Part shown: positions 12,780 through 26,537 of the stretch, piece by piece
Numbering within the stretch: the first letter of the stretch is position 1
Layout: each line of letters begins with the position of its first letter
Program-made: the position numbers and the translations under genes
The notes under the pieces: generated by a model
The model's input: the letters and a program-made list of their open reading frames with translations, nothing else
Told to the model about the DNA's origin: nothing
Database searches by the model: none
Source of the DNA: Heterodontus francisci
Taxonomy: Eukaryota
Length of the DNA: 64,000 bases
Direction of reading: 5' to 3'
NCBI RefSeq assembly: GCF_036365525.1
Contig: NC_090404.1
Span: 6,882,001-6,946,000 of the forward strand

Positions 12780-14300
12780 TATTGCATTGGCTGGACTTTT
12801 GGACCCTGCGGCAGCCCATACGCCTGTGATGTGTGGTCAAGGTTCCAAACTCCGTCTGACACAATCAGTCGGTCAGCCGAAAGCTAAATAGAAAATCCTG
12901 CGGGACAAACAATCCTTAACAATAAAGGGAAACTGTGGGCAAACATCAGAGTACAACACACGTGGTAATTAGTAAACTTTAACAAAACAGTTTGTCACTA
13001 AATAGTGTAAAGTGTATTGCACTATTGTTCACCTTTCGTGCTGTCCCTCAATCCCAGTTCATCTCTGGGATATTGTTGCAGGATTTACCCCATCCTTTCA
13101 ATACAAATAATACCCACATAATACCAGAGCCATTAGAAATTCAACAGGACTGCTGATAGCTCTTAACAAGATTAAATGTATTATTCCAACCAACAATGCC
13201 CGCATCCACACAGAGCCATATATTTTCATTTATATTCATATGCATCTCTCCATAGAACATTGAAATGGTCTGGTGCCGTAAAATAGCTGAGACATGGCCT
13301 CGTATAATGTAAACAAGACGCAGTTAAACAGAATTATGATCTAATGTGATATTCAATTTCCGTTTATTGATGATAATTGGATATGGTGGATTCGTATAGA
13401 GATGAGGTGGCCAAGAGATATATACCTACATACTCCGTTAGGGAGTTAAAATCCTTCCGAGTAGATCCCACAATCATAAAACTCTTCCATACGGTTATAG
13501 TTAAGAGTGATATCCTTTTTGGATGTCTCTCCTGGTACTATTGTCTTCGGAATGGAGATTCTTTGAAGGTACAGAGATTTCTGAACCAGGCGGGAAAGGT
13601 GGTGATGAGCTGATCTTTCTTGACAAAATCTGCTGTCAAATAATTTTGATGAAAGAGTATTGTGAAAAGTGACAATCAACCCTTGTCTCAGTATTATTGC
13701 TCATTGCTTTCAGGGAAAAGGCTAAGATCCCATAAATGCAGGGAAAATCAGTTCTTGTAGACGTTCGTGCCTTTCTCGAAAATAAGTTTTTAACAGGAGC
13801 TTGATGAATGGATGAGGGTATGCACTCATGATGGGACACATCGACTGATTAGTTTAATGTGCTGGAATTAGTTTTTAACAGATCTATTTAATCAAGTAAG
13901 ACTTTTTGTGGTAGGGTAATTTTCTTTCTTTTAGTTTTGTTATTCATATGTAATTTTAATGAATGAACAATATTGTTCAGGTAAAGCAGCTGACAGTTAT
14001 GTCAGTCGGTGTTTGGTAGGACCCGGCAGAAGACCATCTACCGGTGCTGTGTGGTCATGGTTCCAGACTCTGTCTGGCAGTCAGTCGGTCAGATGAAAGT
14101 CAAATAGAAAATCCTGCAAGAACAAGTCCCTTAACAATAAAAAGTAACTGTGAGCAATTATCACAGTACAACACCACACTGAATTAGTAAACTTCAACTC
14201 AACTGATTTTGTCACTAAGTTGTGTCAAGTGCGGTGTACTATTGCTCACCTTGAGTCTTGTCTCTCAATTCCAGTTCATCTCTGGGAGATTGTTGCTTTA
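12780..14300 (+). repeat. Two direct copies (about 12780-13090 and 14000-14300) of a ~300-bp dispersed repeat; inverted copy at about 25330-25640, partial copy near 42270
   Basis: Shared blocks such as AAATAGAAAATCCTGC, CTTAACAATAAA, AATTAGTAAACTT, CCAGTTCATCTCTGGGA. Confidence 0.7.
13377..13613 (+). mobile_element. Rex1/Babar-like LINE RT C-terminal remnant
   Basis: LKSFRVDPTIIKLFHTVIVKSDILFGCLSWY...KVQRFLNQAGKVV resembles the C-terminal region of Rex1-type RT. Confidence 0.55.
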
Positions 14301-14715
14301 TTCCAGTTGAAGCATACCACTGCTTTGTAAAGGTTCAGCATAATCATTATTTTTCTATTCGAGTAGTCTGTGACCTAGTGCAGTGAGAACTAATAAAATG
14401 TCTAATGTAATAAAAATATATACATGGCCCTGTAGTGCACATGACAATGCGCTTGACATATTTGTGGCCATGTATCAGTTTTAAGTGCAGAATAGTGTGC
14501 TTTTTAGAATACTATACAAGATTTTTTCTCAGTTATTACTGCACTAGACCATCTCTCCCTCTCCCTCTCTATCCCTCTCTCTCTATGTTTATGTAGCACT
14601 ACCTCCTCCCTCTGTTTTTATAGTCTCTTTTTCCAATGTATTGGATCATCCCTCAGTTGGCATTCAACAAAATCAAGTCTCCGCTGATATTTAACTAGAC
14701 CCTCTATGTTTATGT

Positions 14716-16952
14716 TACATAGAACATAGAACATAGAACAGTACAGCACAGTACAGGCCCTTCGGCCCACCATGTTGTGCCGAACCTTTAACCTACTCGA
14801 AGATCAAACTATCTACCTACCCTTCATTCTACTATCATCCATGTACCTATCCAAGAGTCGCTTAAATGCCCCTAATGTATCTGCTTCTACTACCACCGCT
14901 GGCAGCGCATTCCACGCACCCACCACTCTCTGTGTAAAGAAACCACCTCTGACATCTCCCCGAAACCTTCCTCCAATCATCTTAAAATTATGCTCCCTGG
15001 TGATAGCCCTTTCCACCCTGGGAAAAAGTCTCTGACTATCCACTCGATCTATGCCTCTCATCATCTTGTACCCCTCTATCAAGTCACCTCTCATCCTTCT
15101 TCGCTCCAATGACAAAAGCCCTAGCTCCCTCAATCGTTCTTCGTAGGATGTGCCCTCCAGTCCAGGCAGCATCCTGGTAAATCTCCTCTGCCATCTCTAA
15201 AGCTTCCACATCCTTCCTATAATGAGGCGACCAGAACTGAACACAATATTCCAAGTGTGGTCGAAACAGGGCCTTATAGATTTGCAGCATATCCTCGCGG
15301 ATCTTCAGCTCAATCCCCCTGTTAATGAAAGCCAACACACTATACGCCTTCTTAACAACCCTATCAACTTGGGTGGCAACTTTGAGCGATATATGGACAT
15401 GGACCCCTATATCCCTCTGTTCCTCCATACTACCAAGAATCCTGTCTTTAAGCCTGTATTCCGCATTCAAATTCGACCTTCCAAAATGAATCACTTCACA
15501 CTTTTCCAGGTTGAACTCCATCTGCCACTTCTCAGCCCAGCTCTGCAACCTGTCAATGTCCCATTGCAACCTACAACAGCCTTCCACATTAACCACAACT
15601 CCAGCAACCTTCGTGTCATTGGCAAACGTGCTAACCCAGCCTTCCACTTCCTCATCCAAGTCATTTATAAAAATCACAAAGAGCAGAGGTCCCAGAACAG
15701 ATCCTTGTGGAACACCACTAGTCACCGAGCTCCATGCTGAATACTTTCCATCTACTACCACCCTCTGACTTCCATGGGCCAGCCAATTTTGTATCCACAC
15801 AGCCAACTTTCCCGGTATCCCATGCCTCCTTACTTTCTGAATGAGCCTACCATGGGGAACCTTATCAAACGCCTTGCTAAAATCGATATACACCACATCT
15901 ACTGCTCTTCCTTCATCAATGAGTTTTGTCACTTCTTCAAAGAATTCAATAAGACTTGTGAGGCATGACCTGCCCCTCACAAAGCCATGCTGACTGTCTC
16001 TAATCAAACCATGCTTTTCCAAATAATCACAAATCCTGTCTCTCAGAATCCTCTCCAATAATTTGCCCATAACCGATGTAAGACTGACTGGTCTATAATT
16101 CCCAGGGTTATCCCTATTCCCTTTCTTGAACAACGGAACAACATTTGCCACCCTCCAATCATCCCGTACTACTCCAGTGGACAGTGAAGACGCAAAGATC
16201 ATCGCCAAAGGTGCAGCAATCTCTTCCCTCGCTTCCCGTAATATCCTTGGGTATATCCCGTCTGGCCCCGGGGACTTATCTGTCCTCATATCATTCAAAA
16301 TTTCCAGCACATCCTCCCTCTTAACCTCAACCTCTTCGAGCATATCAGCCTGTTCCACGTGTCCTCACAAATGACCAGGTCCCTCTCTCTAGTGAATACT
16401 GAAGCAAAGTATGCATTTAGGACCTCCCCTACCTCCTCCGACTCCAGGCACTCGTTCCCTCCACTATCCCTGATCGGCCCTACCCTCACTCTGGCCATCC
16501 TCTTGTTCCTTGGGATTTTACTTAACCCTACCCGCCAAGACATTTTCATGTCCCCTTCTAGCTCTCCTAAGTCCATTCTTCATGTCCTTCCTGGCTACCT
16601 TGTAACCCTCTCGAGCCCTGTCTGATCCTTGCTTCCTCAAACTTAAGTAAGCTTCCTTCTTCCTCTTGACTAGCTGTTCCACATCTCTTGTCATCCAAGG
16701 TTCCTTCACTCTACCATCCCTTCCCTGCCTCATCGGGACAAACCTATCCAACAGTCGCAGTAAGTGCTCCCTAAACAACCTCCACATTTCTGTCGTGCAT
16801 TTCCCTGAGAACATTTGTTCCCAATTTATGCTCCCCAGTTCCTGCCTAATAGCATTGTAATTCCCACTCCCCCAATTAAATATTTTCCCATCCCGTCTGC
16901 TCCTGTCCCTCTCCATGACTATGTTAAAAGTCAGGGAGTTGTGATCACTATC
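14716..16952 (-). mobile_element. CR1 LINE ORF2, 5'-truncated
   Basis: RT ORF 15084-16358 (YIDFSKAFDKVPH, GVPQGSVLGP, TFAND); 3' tail (CATAGAA)n at 14716-14740. Confidence 0.93.
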
Positions 16953-17008
16953 ACAATTGAACCCCGGTCGCTGGAGCTGTGAGGCTGCGGTGCTAACCAC
17001 TGCGCCAC
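16953..17008 (-). mobile_element. 5' head of an HE1-like (V-SINE) element
   Basis: GTGGCGCAGTGGTTAGCACCGCAGCCTCACAGCTCCAGCGACCGGGGTTCAAT, nearly identical to 58557-58608. Confidence 0.75.
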
Positions 17009-17664
17009 TAGACATTATCTCTGTTGGTGCCATATTAAACCATCTCTTTGTTTAAATTGCACATGACCCATTCGATGGTTATTACTGCATTAGACCACGT
17101 ATCTGTTCATATTACACTCGGCGCTGTTTCACATATTTCAGCACTGGACCATCTCTCTGTTTCTATTACACGAGACACTGCCTTAGCTTACTACATTAGA
17201 CCATGTGCAGCTGTTAGTGCAGGAGACTATTTGCCTGCTTATAATACATTAGGCCTTTCTCAGTTATTACTGTAAGTAGGTCATGTCCCACTTATATTGC
17301 ACAAAGCTATGTTGCCTTTTTATATTATGCTAGGCCGTGTCTCAGTTATTGCTGCCCTCGGCCGTATCTCCATTTATATCACTAAACCATGTCATATCTT
17401 ATCATACATTAGTTTGTGTCTCAGGTATTAATCAACTGAGCCACACAAAAATTGGACGACGTCAGTGAAGGTAACAGGCTAAAAATGCAGTCTGTGGACA
17501 CAGAAATTATATGAAATTTACTGGAAAACAGCAAGTGTTTCACTCATTTGTAAATGAAAGAAATGATAAACCAGTCATTTACAGATTTATTAACTTCACA
17601 TCTGGTACATTTTTATTATCACTTTCACAAATCATCACACACGAGGCACGTAACGCCAGCTTCT

Positions 17665-18030
17665 TATTTTTATTCGTTCATGGGATGCAGGTGTCAGTGG
17701 CTAGGCCAACATTTACTGTCCATCCCTTGAATTGAAAGGTTTGCTCAGCCGTTGCAGAGGGCATTTACGGGTCAACAACATTTCTAAGTCTGGAGTCACG
17801 TGAAGGCCAGATTGGGTAAGGATGGCATATTTCCTTCCCTAAAGGGCATTAGTGAACCAGGTGCGTTTTTACAATAATCGACACAGTCACCCCTACACGA
17901 GCTTTAAATTCCAGATTTATTTATTGAACTCAAATTTCACCATCTGCTTTGGAGGAATTCTAACCAATGTCCTTCGAGCATTTGTCTGTTTCTTTGGATT
18001 ACTAGATCAGTGACATCATCACTACGTCAT
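17665..18030 (-). mobile_element. tRNA-derived SINE sharing its 3' tail with the CR1/L2-group LINE family
   Basis: Tail matches 19405-19470; body matches the SINE split at 42775-42997 and 44090-44245. Confidence 0.65.
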
Positions 18031-18539
18031 CCTTTCCTCTGTGTGCTGGTGAAGTGATCACTTCACTGCAAAGTATGGAGACTTGGGAGTAGCCGCTCAT
18101 TACCCACTGTCTGTAATTACATTTTGAATTAAATAAATGCTAAAAAAAAATTGGTGAAGATAATTATTTATATTTGTGGCATTGCAAACGATATGATTTG
18201 TTTTGTACCCATTCACACATGCATATATAACAAACACTTTGGTGGTTTTCCTTTGGTGAAAGAGTGAAACCAGAGGCTCTCTGGGCACTGTGCTAATGAA
18301 ACACCCCTGTTTGAATGTCTGGATTTAGAACACAATTTTGATTCTAATTGCTGATTACCATAATTGCACTTGTCTGGAGGTGCTAAACTAGAGAACAGCA
18401 GGTTCAGCACTCAAGTTCTGATTAACTGCAATTTTCTTGAAGCAGTCTATATGGGCTCCATGCATCCAACTCGACTGTAAGTGTAGGGTGACCGGGCTGA
18501 CACGTAGTGACTTTTTTCAGGATGGATCAGGAACCATTT

Positions 18540-18620
18540 GAGTGGGTGCACAGATTCTTAGACACAGCATTGTAGCTCCTGGTTGAGGAAATCCAGGGGA
18601 GGAGGTATGTCCTGTACCCT
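18540..18620 (+). mobile_element. Remnant of a Myb/SANT-like ORF, probably PIF/Harbinger-derived
   Basis: Translates as EWVHRFLDTAL*LLVEEIQGRRYVLYP, resembling the RFS..L..LV..V..RR.VL.P motif; short and degenerate. Confidence 0.4.
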
Positions 18621-19401
18621 CCTGTCTCACTATCCTGCAGCAGCTTGGGCTGCTCTGCCTGACCTCTTGTCCTCCCACCATGCGTCAAGCCAGAATGTTG
18701 CCGATGATCAAGTACTCCTTTTCTCCTGCTGACTCTTATAAGGTCAAGTCATAGAGCTCTTACACTTTTTGGGTGAAGCATTCAGAGAATTTCCAAGAAG
18801 AAATGTTGGTAGTGTCTCGGTGAAGTCGAAAAAGTGTCCCAGAAATTCTCCTGATGGGTTTCAAAAGTCCTCTTCATTCCTTCAGCAGCAAGTGGACAAT
18901 AAAATGTGATGTACATATAAGTAGCACATTGTCTGCCGCAACGTGTTTATTCTCAATCAGTTGTTTGCTGTTCAGAGAGAGGGTCTGTGAAGTGCTGGTT
19001 CGCAAATGGAGCGCCACCTCTTTCATGAGCGCTGACAGGCGATTTCAGTGGCAATCAGCTGCTGAATGGTCCTCTTGACAGGCCTTTCATAGCCCAGCAT
19101 CAACTCCTTTACCAATATGGCGTCGTCCGTAAACGTGAGATAAACTAATGCTTCAGCTTAAGATCCCATCTTGGCTCCATTGGAGGCTCGTTTAGCACTT
19201 AATGTATCGGACAAAATCGTCCCCACTGCCTTTCAGGTGATATCAGGAACCAATAATCTCTTCCCTTTCTCTTGTCTGTTGCCGTGGACATTAAGGCTCC
19301 CATGGTCCCCATACCGTGTCCTGGTCAGCACTACTCCTTTCAACCATGGTTTAGCATTGTTCCATCTATGAGAGATGATGGACATGAAACGAACAATCAA
19401 T

Positions 19402-21118
19402 GTATTCGTTCATGGGATGTCGACGTCACTGGCTAGGCCAGCATTTATTGCCCATCCCTAATTGCCCTTGATAAGTTGGTGCAGAACCACCTTCTTGAAT
19501 CACTGCAGTCTAGGTACACCAAAAGTGCTGTGAGGAAGGGAGTTCCAGGATTTTGACACAGCGACAATGAAGGTAAGGTGATAAACTTCCAGGTCAGGAA
19601 GGTGTGTGGCTTGGAGGAATCTTACAGGTGGTGGTGTCCCTTTGCATCTGCTGCCCTTGTCCTTCTAAGGGTTAGAGATCGCCGAATTGGAAGGTGCTGT
19701 AGAAGAAGCCTTGGTGAGTTGCTGCAGTGCATCTCATGGAAGGTAAAACTGCGTCACATTGCTTAGGTGGTGAAGAGAGTTAATGTTGAAGGTGGTGGAT
19801 AGGGTGCCAATCAAGCGGGCTGCTTTGCCCTGGATAGTGTCGAGTTTCTTGAGTGTTGGTGGAGCTGCACCCATCCAGGCAAGTGGAGAGTATTCCATCA
19901 CACTCCTGACTTGTGCCTTGTAGATTGTGGACAGGCATTGGGGAGTCAGTAGGTGGTTTACTTGTCGCAGAATTGCTAGCCTCTGACATGCTCTTGTAGC
20001 CACAGTATTTGTGTGGCTGGCCCAGTTCAGTTTCTGGTCAATGGTAACCACCTTGATGCTAACAGTATGGGAATCAGTGATGATAGTGTCATTGAACACC
20101 AAGGGGAGGTGGTTAGATCCTCTCTTGTTTGAGATCGTCATTGACTGGACTGGTGTGGCGCGAATGTTTCTTGCCTCCTATCAACCCAAACCTGGATTTT
20201 GTCCAGGTCTTGCTGCATCTGGACACAAGCTGCTTCACTGTCTGAGGAGGTGTGAATGGTGCTGAACATTGTGCAATTAGCAGCGAATATTCCCATTTAT
20301 AACATTATGATAGAGGGAAGGTCATTGATGAAACAACTGAAGACCGTTGGTCTAGGACACTACCCTGAGGAACTCCTGCAGTGATGCTTTGCGATGGAGA
20401 TGATTGAATTCCAACAAACACAACCATCTTTTTTGCTCGGTCTGACTCCAGCCAGCGGGGAAGTTTTCCCCTGATTGCCATTGACTCCAGTTTTGCCAGG
20501 GCTCCTTGATCTCATACTCGGTCAAATGCTGCCTTGATGTCAAGGGCAGTCATTATCACATCACCTCTTGAGTTCAGCTCTTTTGTCCGTGCTTGGACCA
20601 AGGCTGTAATGAGTGCAGGAGCTGAGTGGCCCTGGCGGATCCCAAAGCGAACCCAAACTGAACGTCAGTGAGCAAGTTCTTGCCGAACAAATGCCACTTG
20701 ATAGCACTGTCGACGACCCCTTCTATCACTTGCTGATGTTCAAGAGTAGCCTAATAGGGCGATAATTGGCCAAGTTGCATTTGTTCTGCTTTTTGCGGAC
20801 CGGATAATTGTGGAGCAATTTTCCACATTACCAGGTAGATGCCAGTGTTGTAGCTGTACTGGAGCAGCTTAGTTAGAGGTGCGGCTAGTTCTGGAGCACA
20901 AGTCGTTAGTCCTATTGCCGGAATGTTGTCAGGATGATAGCCTTTGCAGTTTCCTGTGGCTTCAGCCGTTTCTTGACATCACGTGGAGTGAATCGCATTG
21001 GCTGAAGACTAACTTCTGTGATGCTGGGAACCGCAGGAGGAGGCCGAAATGGATCATCCACTTGGCATTTCTGGCTGAAGATGAATGCAAATGCTTCAGC
21101 GTCGCCTGATGTGCTGGG
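19402..21118 (-). mobile_element. CR1/L2-group LINE (family B), degenerate RT and 3' end
   Basis: IYKAQVRSVMEYSPLAWMGA, DIKAAFD motifs; homologous to 47826-50165. Confidence 0.88.
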
Positions 21119-21499
21119 CTCATTTACGTGGGGTGGCTTCTCTTGGTACAGCTTTACTGATGGTTGTAAAGGCCAATCCTTAAGAGGCAGGTTGTGCTAC
21201 AAGTGCTGGAAACTCTTCAACCAAGATGAACAAGAATATATGAACAGGAGTTCAGCCCCTTTACACTATTACTGATGTTTTTGCGCGCAAATCGACTACG
21301 TTCATCTGGAATTAGTTGCACCTTATATGTTGGGAGCTCCCAGAGAATGTGATGAGCTGGTACATCAGTGAAAATTGCTTTTTGATACATTAATATCAGG
21401 AATAGTATCTGACATCGACTTTTTCACAATAGCAGCAATAGCCAAACATAGCCACCAGGTGTCAGTGAAAGCCCGATTGTTTACCTTACATGAAAAGGG

Positions 21500-24400
21500 T
21501 GCTGTTTCAGTTATTACTGCCCTAGACTTTGTCTCTGTCTATAATGTACTAGACCCTGTCTCTGTTTCTATTCTGCTAAACCCTCCTTTAGTTTATATTG
21601 CACTCAATGCTGTCTCTGCTTCTATTGCACTAGGTAGTTTTCCTATTTGTATTGCAACAAACGTTGTCCCTGGTCATATAAATACAGTCCATGCTGCAGT
21701 TATTTTCACCTTGACCCAATCTCAGGTGTTAATATACTGGATTATGTTTCTGCTTATATCACACAATGCCTGTCTCAGTTATTACTGCACTAGACCCAGT
21801 CTCTGTTTATATTACACTAGGTCCTGTCTCAGTTATTACTGCACTAGACCATTGTTTCTATTTATATCACACAATCCCCTTGCTCTGATCTTACTGTACT
21901 AAACTATCTTGCTGTTACTGCTACATGGAACCCTGTCTCACCTATTGCTGCACTTGTCCATTTCTCAGCTCAGAGAAATTGATGCCCTGTATCAGTAATT
22001 ACTACACTTAGTTCTTTATCAGTTTATATTGCACAACGTCCTCGAGCAGCACAAACTGCAGTGGACCTTGTCTCACTTTTTCTTATACTGCACCCTGTCT
22101 CAGGTATTACTACACTATACCATGTTCCTGTTATACTCCACTAAAATATGTTCCTGTTCATATTATACTGGGCCCGCTCTTCTGTTAATATTGTGCAAGA
22201 CCCTGTCTATGTTTATATTGCAGTAGACACTGTCACCGTTTATATTGGACTTGACCCTGCCTCTGCTTATATGACATTAGACCCTGTCCGTTTATATTAC
22301 ATTAGACCCTGTCTCTACTTAGATTATAATAGGCTCTTTCTCTGTTTATATTTAACTCGACCATGTCCTTGTTACTACTCCACTGAAACATGTTTCTGTT
22401 TATATTAAACTGGGCCCCCTCTTTAGTTAATATTGCTATAGATCCTGCTTTTGCTTAGGGTACATTAGATCCTGTCTCTGCAAATATTGCACTGGACCCT
22501 GTCTCTGTTTGTATTATATTTGACTCTATCTCTGTTTATATTACATTTGGCCCTCTCTCTTCATTACTATTGCAGTAGCCCCTTTTTTGTTAATATTGTA
22601 CTAGGGCCTGTCTCTGGTTATATCACACGAGACCCTGTCTCTGTTTATATTACACTAGGCTTTCTCCGTTTATCTTACATTAGACCATGTTCCTATTATT
22701 ACTCCACTAAGAGATGTTTCTGTTTATATTAAACTAGGCCCTCTCTTCTGTTAATATTGCGCTAGACACTGCCTCTATTTATATTGCACTACATCCTGTC
22801 TTTGTTAATATTACACTAGGCTCCTTCTCTGTATTACAGTGGACATGTCCCTTTTATTATTTCAATGAAACATGTCTCTATTTATATTAAACTGGACCGT
22901 CTCTCTCCGATAATATTGCGCTAGACCCTGACTTTGTTTATTTTACACTAGGCTCTGTTTCTTTTTGTATTACACTGGGCAATTTGTTCATATTGCACGT
23001 GACCATGGCCCTTTTGTCCATCCACTGAAACATGCTTTGTTTGTATTAAACAAGGCCCTCTCTCTGAGTTAATATAGCACCAGACCCTGTCTTTGTTTAT
23101 ATTGCACTAGACCCTGTCTCTGTTTATATTGCATGAGACCCTGTCTCTGTATATATTAAACGAGTCCATGTTTGTTATCATTACACTAGACCCAGTCAGA
23201 GGTTTTAGTGCACGAAACAATGTCTCAGTAATTACTGAACTGGACCACGTCTCAATTTATATGACGGTGCGGCCTGTATCAATAATTTGTGCACATGTTC
23301 CTGCCTCAGTTTTACTGCACCAGACCTGTTTCTAATACAACAGGGCATATCTATGACCATATTGCCCCAGTACCACCCTTTGTCTATATATATTACACTA
23401 GACCCCCGTCTCTGTATGTATTACACTCGACCCTGTTTTTATTTATATTACACTAGACCATGTCTCTGTACAATCGACGCTGCCTCTGTTTATATTACAC
23501 TAGGCACTTTCTGTGCTTATATTACACTAGACCATGTGCCTGTGTAGATTACACTGGACACTGTTTCTGTATACGTTAGACTAGGCCCTCTGTCTGTTTA
23601 TATTATATTAGGCCCTGCCTCTGTTTATATTACACTAGATCCTGTCTCTGTTTATATTATACTAGACCCTGTCTGTTTATATTGCACAAGGTCTTGTTTC
23701 TGCTTATATTGTACTACAGCCTGTCTCTATCAATATTACTCTAGGCCCTCTCTCTCCATTAATATTGAGTGAGACCCTTTTTTTGCGATATTGCACGAGG
23801 CCTTGTCTCTGTCTATGTTACACTGGACTCTGTCTCTGTTTATATTACACTGGACCCGGTCTCTGTTTATATTACACAAGGCCCTGTTTCTGTTTATATA
23901 GCACTGGGCCCTGTCTCTGTTTATCTTACATTGGGCATTGTGTCTGTTTATATTACACTCGGCCTTGTCCCTGTTTCTATTTCACTGGCTCCTGACTATG
24001 TTTATATTGAATTGACCCTGTCTCTGTTTATATTGCACTAGACCCTGTCTCTGTTTATATTGCAATCGACGCTGTCTATGTTTATATTACACTAGACGCT
24101 GTCTCTGTTTATATTGCAATATACGCTGTCTATGTTTATATTACACTAGACGCGGTCTCTGTTTAGATTGCACTAGACCCTGTCTCTGTTTATATTACAC
24201 TGCACCCTGTCTCTGCTTATGATGCACTATACCCCGTCTCTGTTTATATTACACTGGATTCTGTCTCTGTTTATATTGCACTGCACCCTGTCTCTGTTTA
24301 TATTGCACTAGACCTCGTCTCTGGTTATATTACACTAGAGCCTGTCTCTATTTATATTGCACTGCACCTTATCTCTGTTTACATTGCAGTCGTTCCTGTC

Positions 24401-24960
24401 TCTGTTTATATTGCACTGGACCCTCTCTCTTTCTATACTACACAAACCAATGTTTGTCATCATTACATTAGCGCAGTCAGAGTTTTTATTGCACGAGGCA
24501 ATGTCTCAGTAATTACCGAAATATACCCAGTCACATTTGATATTACTGGAGGTCCTGTGTCAAATTTTTGTGCACTAGTCCCTGCCTCAATTTTACTGCA
24601 CCAGACCCTGTCCCTGTTTGTACTACAATAGAGTGTGTGTCTGACCACATCACACCAGTCCCTCTGTCAGTTATTTCAGCACTAGACCCTGCCTCAGCTG
24701 CTACTGCACTGGACCCTGCCTCTATTTATATTACACTTGGTAAAATCTCCATTACTGCTGGACTAGACCATGTCTCTGTTTGTATTATATTAATCCCTTT
24801 CTCACTTATTTTTGCACTGGTCCCTGTCTCAGTTGGAATTCATTCAGGCCTTGTTATTCGTCATTACTGCATTGGGCACTGTCTTTGTTTAAATTGAACT
24901 GGACCATGTCTCTGTGTGCATTGCACTAGACCCTGTCTCGGTTATCACTGCAGTGGACGA
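21500..24960. repeat. Degenerate 27-bp tandem array (TATTACACTAGACCCTGTCTCTGTTTA); related units at about 14520-14715 and 17010-17420
   Basis: Most homogeneous at 23600-24420; gives spurious YITLDPVSV ORFs. Confidence 0.92.
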
Positions 24961-25004
24961 TGTTTCTCTGAGATGAAGGAATATTATTATCAATAAAAAT
25001 ATTC

Positions 25005-25185
25005 GGCTGAATTGGTCACAGGCGATCGCCCAAAACTAGCGCTATCTGATCAGCCGCCCATTCTACGCAACCCCTGAGATTCAGTTCCATTGCAGTCAAC
25101 AAAATTAAATCTCAGGTGTTGCCTATACTGGGCTGTCAAACCGATACTGCCCTTTCTGTGCCATTGCCTGAGACTAATTTCTACC
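25005..25185. mobile_element. Palindromic MITE-like element
   Basis: Imperfect inverted arms (GAATTGGTCACAGGCGAT / ATTGCCTGAGACTAATTTC; GCAACCCCTGAGATT / AATCTCAGGTGTTGC) around a central CCATTGCAGTCAA. Confidence 0.6.
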
Positions 25186-26246
25186 TCAAACATTTGTTTG
25201 TATGAGAGGGTGGAACCACAGTCTGTATGGAAGAATATGTTTCGTCCTCTTAATAGTTATCAATAGCTGCGTGCAGTTTCTCATTGCTCTAGTATTACGT
25301 GGTTAACACTTGTGTCGAAAGGATGGGGGGAATGTTGTAACAATCTCCCAAAGATGAGCTGGGTTTGAGGGAAAGAAGTAAAGGTGCGCAAGAATGCAAT
25401 GTGCCTTATACTACTTAATGACAAACTTTGTTGTGTTCAAGTTTACTAATTCACACTAGTGTTATACTGTGACAATTGCTTGCAGTTTTTAATGTTGAGG
25501 ATTGTTTTTGTTTCCTGCAGGATTTACCCAATGATCGTGTTAGATAAAGCCTGGAACAGTGATCTCACAGCACCGGATGATGAGTCCTGATATCCAGCAT
25601 TCATACTCATCTGGATAATAGGAAAAGCTGAAATGAGCGCACACAAAGTGTTATGTACACACGTGTGTGTGTGTTCGCGTGTGAGTGGATTTTGTTTTCA
25701 ACGCAATGTCGGGTTCCGTGTTGGGCATGGTGAGGGGGGCGGTGCAGTTGTTGGGGGGGGGGGCGCTGGGGTTGGAGAATTGGAGCAGTGGCGGCCGCCA
25801 CGGAACCCGATGCCGGGATTGCTGGGCCCGATCTTCCTGGCAGCAGGGAAGCTCCGTGCTGGCCCCTCCGCCGCTCTACCATGGGGCCCGAGTTAGTATA
25901 TTTGAATTACCTCTCTGAAATCATTTAAATGGAATTCTCCGGAATTCTACCAGCCGCTCCAATTTTGAGCTCGACGTGTGGCACTCAAGTGCCTTCACTT
26001 TCCTGTTCTTGAAAACCTGATGCCACCGAGGCGAGAGTTCTCGATTCTGTAAACATTGGTAAGTCATGCCCTGCTCGTATTCTTTTTGGTAGCGGACCCG
26101 GACGTTTGCAGGCAAGTGAACTCACCAGAAATAAGGGGGTTTGGAACTCTGAATCAGGCTTTTGTGTATCGGCAAGGGGAGGAGGAACGCGTCTACTCTG
26201 CAGTTGTCTGATGGCAAAGGAAGGGGGAAGAGGTCCACTCTTGTGC

Positions 26247-26537
26247 CCGTCTCCCAACACTTTATGGCCTGTGCTCCTGTGAACAACCCAACACCAGTGG
26301 CTCCGTGGGCTACGGCTGTTTGGTGATGGACTACATCCACGATATCAGCAGCGTTTCCTGGAAGAAAGATAAAGAGACGATCAACCACTGGATTAAAAAC
26401 TTACCCGTCAGTGCTGAACAAGAAGGGATCCTACACCCTGAGCAGCCAGTTAACCATCAACGAGTCAGAGGTGGGAAGCAGCAAAATCGACTGAGAGGTT
26501 CGACGTGGAGAGTCGCTCTGGATCAAGGTAATTCCAG
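26247..26537 (+). pseudogene. IGHM: IgM Cmu1 exon, copy 2, 5'-truncated pseudo-exon
   Basis: Aligns with 62170-62462. Acceptor replaced by unrelated DNA, frameshifts, conserved Cys codon changed to TGA (GACTGAGAG vs TACTGCGAG). Donor CCAG|gttagt retained. Confidence 0.9.

Noticed and set aside
12800-12880. J-segment-like reading CGQGSKLRL (and CGHGSRLCL at about 14050)
   Set aside because: No F/W before GXG, no correctly spaced heptamer and nonamer, and the sequence belongs to a dispersed repeat with an inverted copy lacking the motif.
21130-21280. WYS...YY* pattern resembling a V remnant
   Set aside because: Trp-to-YY spacing of about 41 codons is too short and other framework residues are absent.
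21375-24897. Many ORFs with YITLDPVSV or YYTRPCLCL repeats
   Set aside because: Translation artefacts of the 27-bp satellite, with frequent stops and no exon structure.
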